Shown here piece by piece: positions 1-11,774 of a stretch of 64,000 bases of DNA (positions are counted from its first letter, which is position 1; each line of letters opens with the position of its first letter). The notes under the pieces were generated by a model. That model saw only the letters and a list, made by a program, of their open reading frames with translations. It made no database searches and had not been told where the DNA came from. The stretch is taken from NCBI GenBank assembly GCA_032718475.1, contig JAUCBJ010005191.1, forward strand, positions 1 through 64,000. Reading direction: 5' to 3'. The translations under genes and the position numbers were made by a program. This DNA comes from Nemertoderma westbladi (lineage: Eukaryota; Animalia; Xenacoelomorpha).

Positions 1-790
1 TTTCCAAGTAATTGTCTCAATATTTCCTCATTATTATCATTTTCATCCTCTTCTTCACTTTCCTGATCTTCACTTTCCTGATCTTCACTTTCTTCACCCT
101 CTTCCTGACCTTCACTTTCTTCATCCTCTTCCCCACCTTCACTTCTTCATCCTCTTCCTGTTCTTCACTTTCTTCATCTTCCTGACCTTCACTTTCTTCG
201 TCCTCTTCTTGAGCTTCACTTTCTTCATCCTCTTCCTGTTCTTCACTTTCTTCATTCTCTTCCTGACCTTCGCTTTCTTCACCCTCTTCCTGACCTTCAC
301 TTTCTTCGTCCTCTTCCTGTTCTTCACTTTCTTCATTCTCTTCCTGACCTTCGCTATCTTCACCCTCTTCTTGACCTTCACTTTCTTCATCCTCTTCCTG
401 ATCTTCCTGACCTTCACTTTCTTCGTTCTCAACTTCACTTTCTTCAACTTCATCCTGACCCTCACTATTTTCATTCTCCATCTCATCATCCTCTTCTTCT
501 CCATCTTTCTCACTCAAATTTTCTTCATTTTCTAGGGGTAACTGTTTTTGTATCCCTATCAAAATATTCATAACTTTATGAAATTTATTTTCCATTGTCT
601 GTTTTATCTTTAATATATCACGCTCATCTCTCTTTTTCTTTTCATCTTCACTAAAAATATCTTCGGATTTTTTAAATTTCTTTGGTAATGGATCCATTAG
701 TTTCTCCTTTCTATGTCTTTCCATATGACGAGATAGATTGTCTTGTCTCATTTCTTTATTACAAACCAAACATCTTTCATCTCTATGCAT
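1..790 (-). pseudogene. Frameshifted ORF with an N-terminal C2H2-type zinc finger followed by a Glu-rich 10-aa repeat; probably belongs to a mobile or viral-like element; runs off the window edge
   Basis: CLVCNKEMRQDNLSRHMERH fits C-x2-C-x12-H-x3-H, followed by (EEDEESEGQE)n. A 1-nt deletion near position 143 switches the ORF-track frame to a K-rich tail. The alternative frame continues SEGGEEDEESEGQ...NNEEILRQLLG with no stop up to base 1. Confidence 0.5.
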
Positions 791-1218
791 TATATAGTAA
801 TGTCAATTGATTGTTTTGAATTTTCGCTAAATGAATAAAACGTTTATGAAAATAAATAAAACTTTTAAAAATAAAAATTAGAGAATGAATGGGAATGCGG
901 TGAACGGGGGCTATTATAGAGGGAGGCTAGAATGGAGTTGTGAAAGAAGAATAATCTATTGCAAGCCAGATGTTTCTTGAATTTTTCTCAGGCGTATTTG
1001 GCAATGGTCGTGTGGTGTGTAATTAATGGTTGCAGTTGGCCTATGTGCGATTCGGGGTTACTGTTGGCGCGTAAGATGTAAACCTATGGTTTCCAATCTT
1101 ACATGGTAACGAAGCTGGAGGCTTAAATAATTTACAGCTCGATGCAACCCCCACGTACACTTTGACATACAGTACCTCTATAAGGCGCAGAAAGAGTCCC
1201 GACTCAAACAGACAGAAA

Positions 1219-1785
1219 ACGTAAGGGAAAGGCATGGGCAGCCTTGAATAGGCTTTCCAGGATTTGGAAGTCACAGAGAATTGATCGGAAACTTGAGGTC
1301 CGATTATTTAGAGCAGCAGTAGTTCCAGTACTCCTCTATGGGAGTCCATACTGGGCTCGAACTGCTGAGGACACCAAATCTCTGGATGGCACATTTACAA
1401 GCATGCTACGCCGGGTTCATTGTGTCAAGTACAATGCACACATCTCAAACTAGGCACTATATAACATTGGAGGTGTCTCATTGGTTCCCCCAAGCTTGAC
1501 CCTAGAACAAAGTCGACCCCGCTTTGCAGGACATTGCTTTCGCCGTGAGGACCAGCCAGTGCATAATCTTGTGCTTTGGCCACCTCATGGAGTGAATAAG
1601 CATGGTGGACAGCCCATGACTTTCTTGAGACGCATCTTAAAGGACACTGGTCTTGAAGATGCGGATGATCTAGCAAATGTCATGGGTGATAGGGAGTTGT
1701 GGCGGTGCAATTTTGTCGATAAGCCGGCACAGCATTCTTAAAAATACAGCTGCAATGCAACATGCCGATCCTAGTAGTAGTAGTA
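1219..1785 (+). mobile_element. 5'-truncated RTE-like non-LTR retrotransposon (3' end of ORF2 plus (TAG)n tail)
   Basis: Encodes RKGKAWAALNRLSRIWKS...RLFRAAVVPVLLYGS..W...RFAGHCFRR, the region C-terminal to RT, with an internal stop. Ends in ctagtagtagtagta. Closely matches the inverted copy at 34709-35692. Confidence 0.85.
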
Positions 1786-2665
1786 TGCCTCCAATGTTAC
1801 TAACTTTGTCTACTGTTCAACTTGAGTTTTTACACTAAATACCCAAATGTACTCAATCATTCTCTCTCAATGATAACATATCAAATTGAAACTGTAATCT
1901 ATGGGTAGTCACAGGCAGTAATTGTTACTTAACACTAATACCAGAATGGACGTCATACAAAACAACTCAACAGACAAATCACCCAATCAACTGACAGAGT
2001 TATGATACTGGAATATCTTTAGGTTCTTCCTGTTCTATCCTAAGTGCTTTTATATCACGTTAGATGGCGTGCGATGCCAAATGTATGTTTTAATATTGCG
2101 TAATCCATCTGATCTGCTGAGTGCTGATTCCTGATTGCTGACCAAGCTGCCAAGAACTATTCTAATTTGTTGTTTACTTTACACGTTCAGACGTTCTTAG
2201 CTTCTTGCTACCATAGTTATATAATTATTGCAATCGAAATAATCACGACACTGCACGACTGCACTACTGTTGTAGGTAAAGACTGAAAGAAGTAAAACTA
2301 ATCTTTATTTACACCAAGTAGGCCTTGATTTACACTTGAGACTTGACTACCTACTGGCCTACCGGTACTACTACGCAAACTACTGCATAATATTTGATTT
2401 TAAAATAAAAACTGTATATGAAACCTGTCTTTGCTGTTTGCGGGGTACTACTGCTGTAACTGAAACGGTGTAACCTTGTGCTCCATTACCGGTACCAGGT
2501 ACTGCCACAGTGCCACACCTGCACACCGACCTGCGGACTGCGGACAGACTATCTGACTATCAAGAGGTGCGCCCTCTATACCAAACGGCAAAACTGTATA
2601 ACAAAGGCGGAACTTGAAGTTAGACTCTATTTCTATAAAGGGCCTCAAATATCAACACCGAAATT

Positions 2666-3769
2666 ATGTTACCGGTACGATTTCTGATCGCCTCCCGTCC
2701 GATCTGCCGGTATCCCAACCGATTATCGACGCTCTCTTCCCGTTGTGTCAGCTCGCTCCCCGCCCGTTCCCATCTACCCTCTGTTGTACATAAACCCGTC
2801 CTACTTCGCGATCTCCCCGTCCACCGTCTCGCGTCTACCGGTACCGGTAGGCCTACAGCCCCCAGCGGTGCCGGTACCTGGTCCCGCATTAAGGAGCGCG
2901 CCACACGCCCAGCCACCGGGGAGGCCCATGCCTGGGGCCAGCTCGCCCTTATGGGCGCGGGCGCTCTGGGTCTGGCCGCCCTGTGTCTGTACGGCGTGCT
3001 GGGCGTCTCCGAGCAGGAAGGAGTGACCGAGCGGGCCGCGTTGTGGCCGGATTACGTGCGGCGACGGGTCCGCGCCACCTACGAGTACCTCGCTGCCGGG
3101 TTGGCCTTTACGACCGCCGGTGCCGTCGCAGCCACCCGCAGTCCCGTCGTTATGAACCTAATGATGCGCAACTCCCTGGTCTCCTTTGCCGTAACCATGG
3201 CGGCGATCATCGGTTCCGGGATGGTCGTCCGAAGTATTCCGTATAAACCCGGCGTCGGTGCCAAACAGTTGGCCTTCCTCGGCCACACCGCGCTGATGGG
3301 CGCTATTCTGGCGCCGTTGACGCTCCTCGGAGGCGCCGTAATGCTCCGCGCGGCGGCCTACACCGCAGGCGTTGTGGGCGGTCTCTCAGCCGTCGCGGTC
3401 TCCGCCCCTTCCGATAAGTTCCTCTACATGGGCGGGGCCCTCGGTATCGGGTTCGGGGTCGTCCTAGCGGCCACCGTCGCTAACCTCTTCCTCCCGCCCC
3501 ACACCGCCCTCGGCTCCGGCCTCTACGCTCTCGGTGTTTACGGCGGACTCATCCTCTTCTCCGGGTTCCTCCTCTACACGACCCAACGGGCCGTCCACCT
3601 CGCCGAAAGCTACCCGATGACCCCCGGGGAGCGACAGGCCACCTTCCAGTACCCGGGGATGCGCCAGTTCGATCCCGTAGATAACTGCATGGGGATCTAC
3701 GCCTCCATCCTAAACATATTCATTAGGATCGCCATGATAGTCGGTGGCGGCGGAGGCCGAAAGAAATAA
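2666..3769 (+). CDS. GHITM: Growth hormone-inducible transmembrane protein (GHITM/TMBIM5/MICS1), BI-1 family, intronless
   Basis: 367-aa GC-rich ORF with an Arg/Ser-rich mitochondrial-type presequence, GLAALCLYG, WPDYVRRRV..TY.Y, KQLAFLGHTALMGA, APSDKFLYMGG.LG and C-terminal FDPVDNCMGIY..ILNIFIRIA.I.GGGG.RKK. Confidence 0.95.
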   Translation: MLPVRFLIASRPICRYPNRLSTLSSRCVSSLPARSHLPSVVHKPVLLRDLPVHRLASTGTGRPTAPSGAGTWSRIKERATRPATGEAHAWGQLALMGAGALGLAALCLYGVLGVSEQEGVTERAALWPDYVRRRVRATYEYLAAGLAFTTAGAVAATRSPVVMNLMMRNSLVSFAVTMAAIIGSGMVVRSIPYKPGVGAKQLAFLGHTALMGAILAPLTLLGGAVMLRAAAYTAGVVGGLSAVAVSAPSDKFLYMGGALGIGFGVVLAATVANLFLPPHTALGSGLYALGVYGGLILFSGFLLYTTQRAVHLAESYPMTPGERQATFQYPGMRQFDPVDNCMGIYASILNIFIRIAMIVGGGGGRKK

Positions 3770-4031
3770 GTTGCTTTACTTGCAAAACTCGTTACTCTAA
3801 AACGCAGCTGTTACTACAAAGACAAACGAGTTCACTTTACATTTCTAGTAATATAAACTTACTTTACTAGTAATATAAACTTACATTACAGCGCTCCTAC
3901 AGCACCTAATGCATATTTATTATTAAATAATCGCGTTTTAGTCGCCTTCTTTCTATCAACTTAAACTTTTGCAACTCAATCGTCTATTTGAACGAATTCA
4001 TCCATTTTTGTTCTTGTAAGTTTTGTTTTGG

Positions 4032-6072
4032 TTCAGCCACCGCAATGTTATTAGTCACTGTGGTTTACGTGCAAGCCGCACTAATAATATATCATTCAGC
4101 CACCGCAATGTTATTAGTCACTGTGGTTTATGTGCAAGCTGCACTAATAATATATCATTCAGCCACCGCAATGTTATTAGTCACTGTGGTTTACATGCAA
4201 GCCGCACTAATATATCATTCAGCCACCGCAATGTTATTAGTCACTGTGGTTTACGTGCAAGCCGCACTAATAATATATCATTCAGCCACCGCAATGTTAT
4301 TAGTCACTGGTTTACATGCAAGCCGCACTAATAATAAATCATTCAGCCACCGTAATGTTATTAGTCGCTGTGGTTTACATGCAAGCCGCACTAATAATAA
4401 ATCATTCAGCCATCGCAATGTTATTAGTCATTGTGGTTTACATGCAAGCCGCACTAATAATATATCATTCAGCCACCTTAATGTTATTAGTCACTGTGGT
4501 TTACGTGCAAGCCGCACTAATAATATATCATTCAGCCACCGCAATGTTATTAGTCGCTGTGGTTTACGTGCAAGCCGCACTAATAATATATCATTCAGCC
4601 ACCGTAATATTATTAGTCACTGTGGTTTACGTGCAAGCCGCACTAATAATATATCATTCAGCCACCGCAATGTTATTAGTCACTGTGGTTTACATGCAAG
4701 CCGCACTAATAATAAATCATTCAGCCACCGTAATGTTATTAGTCGCTGTGGTTTACATGCAAGCCGCACTAATAATATATCATTCAGCCACCGCTATGTT
4801 TTTAGTCACTGTAGTTTACGTGCAAGCCGCACTAATAATATATCATTCAGCCACCGCAATGTTATTAGTCACTGTGGTTTACATGCAAGCCGCACTAATA
4901 ATATATCATTCAACCACCGCATTGTTATTAGTCACTGTGGTTTACATGCAAGCCGCACTAATAATATATCATTCAGCCACCGCAATGTTATTAGTCACTG
5001 TGGTTTACATGCAAGCCGCACTAATAATATATCATTCAGCCACCGTAATATTATTAGTACTGTGGTTTACGTGCAAGCCGCACTAATAATATATCATTCA
5101 GCCACCGCAATGTTATTAGTCACTGTGGTTTACATGCAAGCCGCACTAATAATAAATCATTCAGCCACCGTAATGTTATTAGTCGCTGTGGTTTACATGC
5201 AAGCCGCACTAATAATATATCATTCAGCCACCGCAATGTTATTAGTCACTGTGGTTTACATGCAAGCCGCACTAATAATAAATCATTCAGCCACCGTAAT
5301 GTTATTAGTCGCTGTGGTTTACATGCAAGCTGCACTAATAATATATCATTCAGCCACCGTAATGTTATTAGTCATAGTCACTGTGGTTTACGCGCAAGCC
5401 GCACTAATAATATATCATTCAGCCACCGCAATGTTATTAGTCACTGTGGTTTACATGCAAGCCGCACTAATAATATATCATTCAGCCACCGCAATGTTAT
5501 TAGTCACTGTGGTTTACATGCAAGCCACACTAATAATATATCATTCAGCCACCGCAATGTTATTAGTCACTGTGGTTTACATGCAAGCCGCACTAATAAT
5601 ATATCATTCAGCCACCGCAATGTTATTAGTCACTGTGGTTTACATGCAAGCCGCACTAATAATATATCATTCAGCCACCGCAATGTTATTAGTCGCTGTG
5701 GTTTACATGCAAGCCGCACTAATAATAAATCATTCAGCCATCGCAATGTTATTAGTCATTGTGGTTTACATGCAAGCCGCACTAATAATATATCATTCAG
5801 CCACCGCAATGTTTTTAGTCACTGTAGTTTACGTGCAAGCCGCACTAATAATATATCATTCAGCCACCGTAATGTTATTAGTCACTGTGGTTTACATGCA
5901 AGCTGCACTAATAATATATCATTCAGCCACCGCAATGTTATTAGTCATAGTCACTGTGGTTTACGTGCAAGCCCCACTAATAATATATCATTCAGCCACC
6001 GTAATGTTATTAGTCGCTGTGGTTTACATGCAAGCCGCACTAATAATATATCATTCAGCCACCGTAATGTTA
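4032..6072. repeat. 63-bp tandem repeat, about 32 copies
   Basis: Unit attcagccaccgcaatgttattagtcactgtggtttacatgcaagccgcactaataatatatc. It explains the 21-aa periodic ORFs. Confidence 0.97.
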
Positions 6073-6228
6073 TCGCACGCGATGCAAGTCGCATTTTTCC
6101 AAAATTCACTTTTTCTGGCTCTTATAAAATGCACTCTACCTAATGGTATAATCGAGAACACCGTATCTACTCTAGTTCTCGAGATGTTCAATGTAAAAAG
6201 GTCGTAAGTCACAACATATGTATGTATA

Positions 6229-6479
6229 GTGTTACAAAGGTAAAAGACCGTAAGTGCAATACAAAAGACCGCAACTACTTAAATTTATACAAAAAAACCG
6301 TCAGTCAACAAGACTTGTGGCTTTTTGTCATTGCAAAGATAATAAGAAAATGCACATCCGGTTTTATTGAAATATGTCTTTTGACTTGGTGGTTTTTTAA
6401 TATTTGCAGAAAGGCGCGAAATTCAAAATCGAAATTTCACCAAGTATATAACTTGCGGTGTTTTATCATCATATAGCTC
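6229..6479. mobile_element. Degenerate MITE with imperfect terminal inverted repeats (possibly Sola2-like)
   Basis: Left end gtgttacaaaggtaaaagaccgtaagt resembles the reverse complement of the right end, gagctatatgatgataaaacaccgcaagt. Internal aaaa(g/a)accg motifs occur in both orientations. The target-site duplication (TSD) is imperfect. Confidence 0.4.
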
Positions 6480-7002
6480 TATGCTACGGAACAATCTGCC
6501 TTCTAATGAACAGACATTGCATTGCATTAAGATAAACCCTAGGTAAACGTGACTACATTTTAATACTTAATTAGGGTTATATATCCTTGTAGTGGTAACA
6601 GTTTTGTTCTCATAATATTTATTGTGTATTATTATGCATATTGTTGACTTTTTGGGAAATTGTGTAGGAGGTGAAGGCGGTGGTGAAATCACCGCCTAAT
6701 AAAATTTCGAGTTATCACCGTTAAAATGTAAGTCCAGCCAGAGGCTGACCAATAGTCAAACAGATTAGATTCTACCGAACATAAAAATTACATCATAAAG
6801 GAAATTACAGACCTCGAAAACCACAATAATTTAGCTCTGGTGTGCTTCCTTCATGCCAGACATTATTAACCAACCAGACCCCATACAGGTAGTTTTGAGT
6901 GGGAAGATTTAAACTTTCAAGGCAATTTTCTCGGAATGAAATTTTCCAGGCAAAAAACACTACTCTCATTTAAACGTTTTTGTAATTTTTGCTTCATATG
7001 AT

Positions 7003-10000
7003 GGGTTTGTTTATAGTAAGTTTGTTTATATGTGTTCCATACCAATTAGGTATGTTTATATGCATTCCGTACCAGTTAGGTTTATTTATATGCATTCCAT
7101 ACCATTTTGGTTTATTTATATGCGTTCCATGTCGATTAGGTTTGTTTATATGCGTTCTGTACCAATTAGGTTTGTTAATATACATCCCATACCATTAGGT
7201 TTGTATATAAGCGTTCTGTACCAATTAGGTATGTTTATATGCGTTCCATACCAATTAGGTTTGTTTATAAGCATCCCATACCAATTAGGTTTATTTATAT
7301 GCGTTCTGTACCGATTAGGCTTGTTTATATATGTTCAGTATACTGATTAGGTTTGTTTATATGTGTTCTGTACCAATTAGGTTTGTTAATATACATCCCA
7401 TACCATTAGGTTTGTATATAAGCGTTCTGTGCCAATTAGGTATGTTTATATGTGTTCCATACCAATTAGGTATGTTTATATGCATTCCGTACCAGTTAGG
7501 TTTATTTATATGCATTCCATACCATTTTGGTTTATTTATATGCGTTCCATGTCGATTAGGTTTGTTTATATGCGTTCTGTACCAATTAGGTTTGTTAATA
7601 TACATCCCATACCATTAGGTTTGTATATAAGCGTTCTGTACCAATTAGGTATGTTTATATGCGTTCCATACCAATTAGGTTTGTTTATAAGCATCCCATA
7701 CCAATTAGGTTTATTTATATGCGTTCTGTACCGATTAGGCTTGTTTATATATGTTCAGTATACTGATTAGGTTTGTTTATATGTGTTCTGTACTAATTAG
7801 GTTTATTTATATGCGTTCCATACCAATTAGGTTTGTTTATAAGCATTCCATACCAATTAGGTTTATTTATATGCGTTCTGTACCGATTAGGTTTGTTTAT
7901 ATGCGTTCAGTATACCGATTAGGTTTGTTTATATGCCTTCCGTACCGATTATGTTTGTTTATAAGCGCTCCGTACCAATTATGTTTGTTTATAAGCGTTC
8001 CGTACCGATTAGGTTTGTTTATATGCGTTCAGTATACCGATTAGGTTTGTTTATATGCGTTCCATACCGATTATGTTTGTTTATAAGCGTTCCGTACCGA
8101 TTAGGTTTGTTTATATACGTTCAGTATACCGATTAGGTTTGTTTATATGCGTTCAGTATACCGATTAGGTTTGTTTATATGCGTTCCATACCGATTATGT
8201 TTGTTTATAAGCGTTCCGTACCGATTAGGTTTGTTTATATACGTTCAGTATACCGATTAGGTTTGTTTATAAGCGTGCCGTACCGATTATGTTTGTTTAT
8301 AAGCGTTCCGTACTGATTAGGTTTGTTTATATGTGTTCCGTACCGATTATGTTTGTTTATAAGCATTATGTTTGTTTATAGGCGTTTCGTACCAATTAGT
8401 TTGTTTATATGCGTTCTGTACCAATTAGGTTGGTTTATATGCATTCTGTACCAATTATGTTTGTTTATATGCGTTCCGTACCGATTATGTTTGTTTATAA
8501 ACGTTCCATACCAATTAGGTTTGTTTATATGCGTTCTGTACCGATTAGGTTTGTTTATAAGCGTTCCGTACTGATTAGGTTTGTTTATATACGTTCCGTA
8601 CCGATTATGTTTGTTTATAGGCGTTCCATACCAATTAGGTTTGTTTATATACGTTCAGTATACCGATTAGGTTTGTTTATATACGTTCAGTATACCGATT
8701 AGGTTTGTTTATATGCGTCCTGTACCAATTAGTTTGTTTATATGTGTCCCGTACCAATTAGTTTGTTTATATGCGTCCCGTACCAATTAGTTTGTTTATA
8801 TGCGTTCCGTACCGATTATGTTTGTTTATAGGCGTTCCATACCAATTAGGTTTGTTTATATACGTTCAGTATACCGATTAGGTTTGTTTATATACGTTCA
8901 GTATACCGATTAGGTTTGTTTATATGCGTCCCGTACCAATTAGTTTGTTTATATGTGTCCCGTACCAATTAGTTTGTTTATATGCGTCCCGTACCAATTA
9001 GTTTGTTTATATGCGTTCCGTACCGATTATGTTTGTTTATAAGCGTTCCGTACCAATTATGTTTGTTTATAAGCGTTCCGTACCGATTATGTTTGTTTAT
9101 ATGCGTTCCATACCAATTATGTTTGTTTATATGCGTTCCATACCGATTAGGTTTGTTTATATGCGTTCCATACCAATTATGTTTGTTTATATGCGTTCCA
9201 TACCGATTATGTTTGTTTATAAGCGTTCCATACCGATTAGGTTTGTTTATATGCGTTCTGTACCAATTATGTTTGTTTATATGCGTTCCATACCGATTAT
9301 GTTTGTTTATATGCGTTCCATACCGATTATGTTTGTTTATATGCGTTCCATACCAATTATGTTTGTTTATATGCGTTCTGTACCAATTATGTTTGTTTAT
9401 AAGCGTTCCATACCGATTAGGTTTGTTTATATGCGTTCTGTACCAATTATGTTTGTTTATATGCGTTTCATTCCAATTATGTTTGTTTATATGCGTTCCG
9501 TACCGATTATGTTTGTTTATAAGCGTTCTGTACCAATTATGTTTGTTTATAAGCGTTCCGTACCGATTATGTTTGTTTATATGCGTTCCATACCAATTAT
9601 GTTTGTTTATATGCGTTCCATACCGATTAGGTTTGTTTATATGCGTTCCATACCGATTAGGTTTGTTTATATGCGTTCAGTATACCGATTAGGTTTGTTT
9701 ATATGCGTTCTGTACCAATTATGTTTGTTTATAAGCGTTCCGTACCAATTATGTTTGTTTATAAGCGTTCCGTACCGATTATGTTTGTTTATATGCGTTC
9801 CATACCAATTATGTTTGTTTATATGCGTTCCATACCGATTAGGTTTGTTTATATGCGTTCCATACCGATTAGGTTTGTTTATATGCGTTCAGTATACCGA
9901 TTAGGTTTGTTTATATGCGTTCTGTACCAATTATGTTTGTTTATAAGCGTCCCGTACCAATTAGTTTGTTTATATGCGTTCCGTACCAATTATGTTTGTT

Positions 10001-10773
10001 TATATGCGTTCCATACCGATTATGTTTGTTTATATGCGTTCCATACCAATTATGTTTGTTTATATGCGTTCTGTACCAATTATGTTTGTTTATAAGCGTT
10101 CCATACCGATTAGGTTTGTTTATATGCGTTCTGTACCAATTATGTTTGTTTATATGCGTTTCATTCCAATTATGTTTGTTTATATGCGTTCCGTACCGAT
10201 TATGTTTGTTTATAAGCGTTCCGTACCAATTATGTTTGTTTATAAGCGTTCCGTACCGATTATGTTTGTTTATATGCGTTCCATACCAATTATGTTTGTT
10301 TATATGCGTTCCATACCGATTAGGTTTGTTTATATGCGTTCCATACCGATTAGGTTTGTTTATATGCGTTCAGTATACCGATTAGGTTTGTTTATATGCG
10401 TTCTGTACCAATTATGTTTGTTTATAAGCGTTCCGTACCAATTATGTTTGTTTATAAGCGTTCCATACCAATTAGGTTTGTTTATATGCGTTCCATACCG
10501 ATTAGGTTTTTTTATATGCGCTCCGTACCGATTAGGTTTGTTTATATGCGTTCCGTACCGATTAGGTTTGTTTATATGCGTTCTGTACCAATTATGTTTG
10601 TTTATAAGCGTTCCGTACCAATTATGTTTGTTTATAAGCGTTCCGTACCGATTGGGTTTGTTTTTATGCGTTCTGTACCGATTAGGTTTGTTTATAAGCG
10701 TTCCGTACCGATTATGTTTGTTTATAAGCGTTCCGTACCGATTGGGTTTGTTTATATGCGTTCCGTACCGATT
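7003..10773. repeat. About 30-bp tandem repeat (about 125 copies) with higher-order duplications
   Basis: Consensus ttgtttatatgcgttccataccgattaggt. The block starting at 7021 recurs at 7441 (420-bp period). The array ends about 20 bp before an ARFGEF3 acceptor. Confidence 0.97.
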
Positions 10774-10794
10774 AATAGTTCCCTACCGTTTCAG

Positions 10795-10969
10795 ATCATT
10801 TATATTCATTATCCTCCCACCCGAAGACGGAGGAGAACTTATATCGTCTCCAACAACTCGAACAACAATCCGAGTTCCTCTCAGAAACATCGTCGTCGGA
10901 TTGGTCGCTCACCAACTCATACTCCAGTTGCTAGGCAACCTGCTACTGGAGCTAAACCCACCCAACGAG
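10795..10969 (+). CDS. ARFGEF3: ARFGEF3/BIG3 (KIAA1244) internal exon; first exon recognised in the window
   Basis: Splice sites tttcag|A...GAG|gttagt. Encodes (R)SFIFIILPPEDGG...RVPLRNIVVGLVAHQLILQLLGNLLLE, resembling the BIG3 segment FREIVVSLLSHQVLLQNLYDILLE as I recall it. Confidence 0.85.
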
Positions 10970-11261
10970 GTTAGTTAATTAGTTGGTCTGAAATGGTGCG
11001 AATGGATATTTAGATCAATAAATTGCGACTATTACAATACAATTTATAATAATTTTGTATAATTAATATATTTATATATTAGCAACTCAACATACATGAA
11101 CATCAACAAAATGTAGGATAAGTTCACAATATACAAAAAAAGGGATTATAGCTTATAATAATGGGACGCAATTTAATAATAAATAATGCACTCTATGGCA
11201 CTGTACCAACATGTTGTGTAAGACTTCTTCAAATCGTTAATTCATTCATCAATCAAATTAT

Positions 11262-11575
11262 GTAACTATGACTGAATATGATTATCTATTTATGTAATTA
11301 TGACCTGAATATGATTATATATTTATGTAATTATGACCTGAATATGATTATTTATTTATGTAATTATGACTGAATATGATTATATATTTATGTAATTATG
11401 ACTGAATATGATTATTTATTTATGTAATTATGACTGAATATGATTATATATTTATGTAATTATGACTGAATATGATCATATATTTATGTAATTATGACCT
11501 GAATATGATTATATATTTATGTAATTATGACTGAATATGATTATATATTTATGTAATTATGACTGAATGAATATG
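11262..11575. repeat. AT-rich 32-33-bp tandem repeat, about 9-10 copies
   Basis: Unit tatgactgaatatgattatatatttatgtaat. Confidence 0.93.
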
Positions 11576-11774
11576 ATAATAAATAACTAGAGGATACTTA
11601 TTTATAAATAACTATATAAAATATTACACTTATAGAGATATAATATAACCAATATTAGCACAAACAGTGTAATTAATATACTCTACTCGGTAAATCAACA
11701 CCAAATAAATTGTGTACTTTTAGCAATGTTGTGCATAGCTAAAGTTGCTATCTCGAATCGCACCACCCAATCAA

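Noticed and set aside
139-535. K-rich and F-rich ORFs overlapping the acidic ORF
   Set aside because: They are alternative-frame and antisense shadows of the purine-rich repeat.
6835-6888. Possible small phase-compatible ARFGEF3 exon (ttag|CTCTGG...TACAG|gtagtt)
   Set aside because: Weak acceptor and no recognisable BIG3 similarity; it cannot be supported without transcripts.
3988-10978. Long periodic ORFs (739 aa, 334 aa and others) in the 63-bp and 30-bp arrays
   Set aside because: They are by-products of stop-free repeat units with lengths divisible by 3, and they switch frame at indels. Only 10795-10969 is a supported exon.
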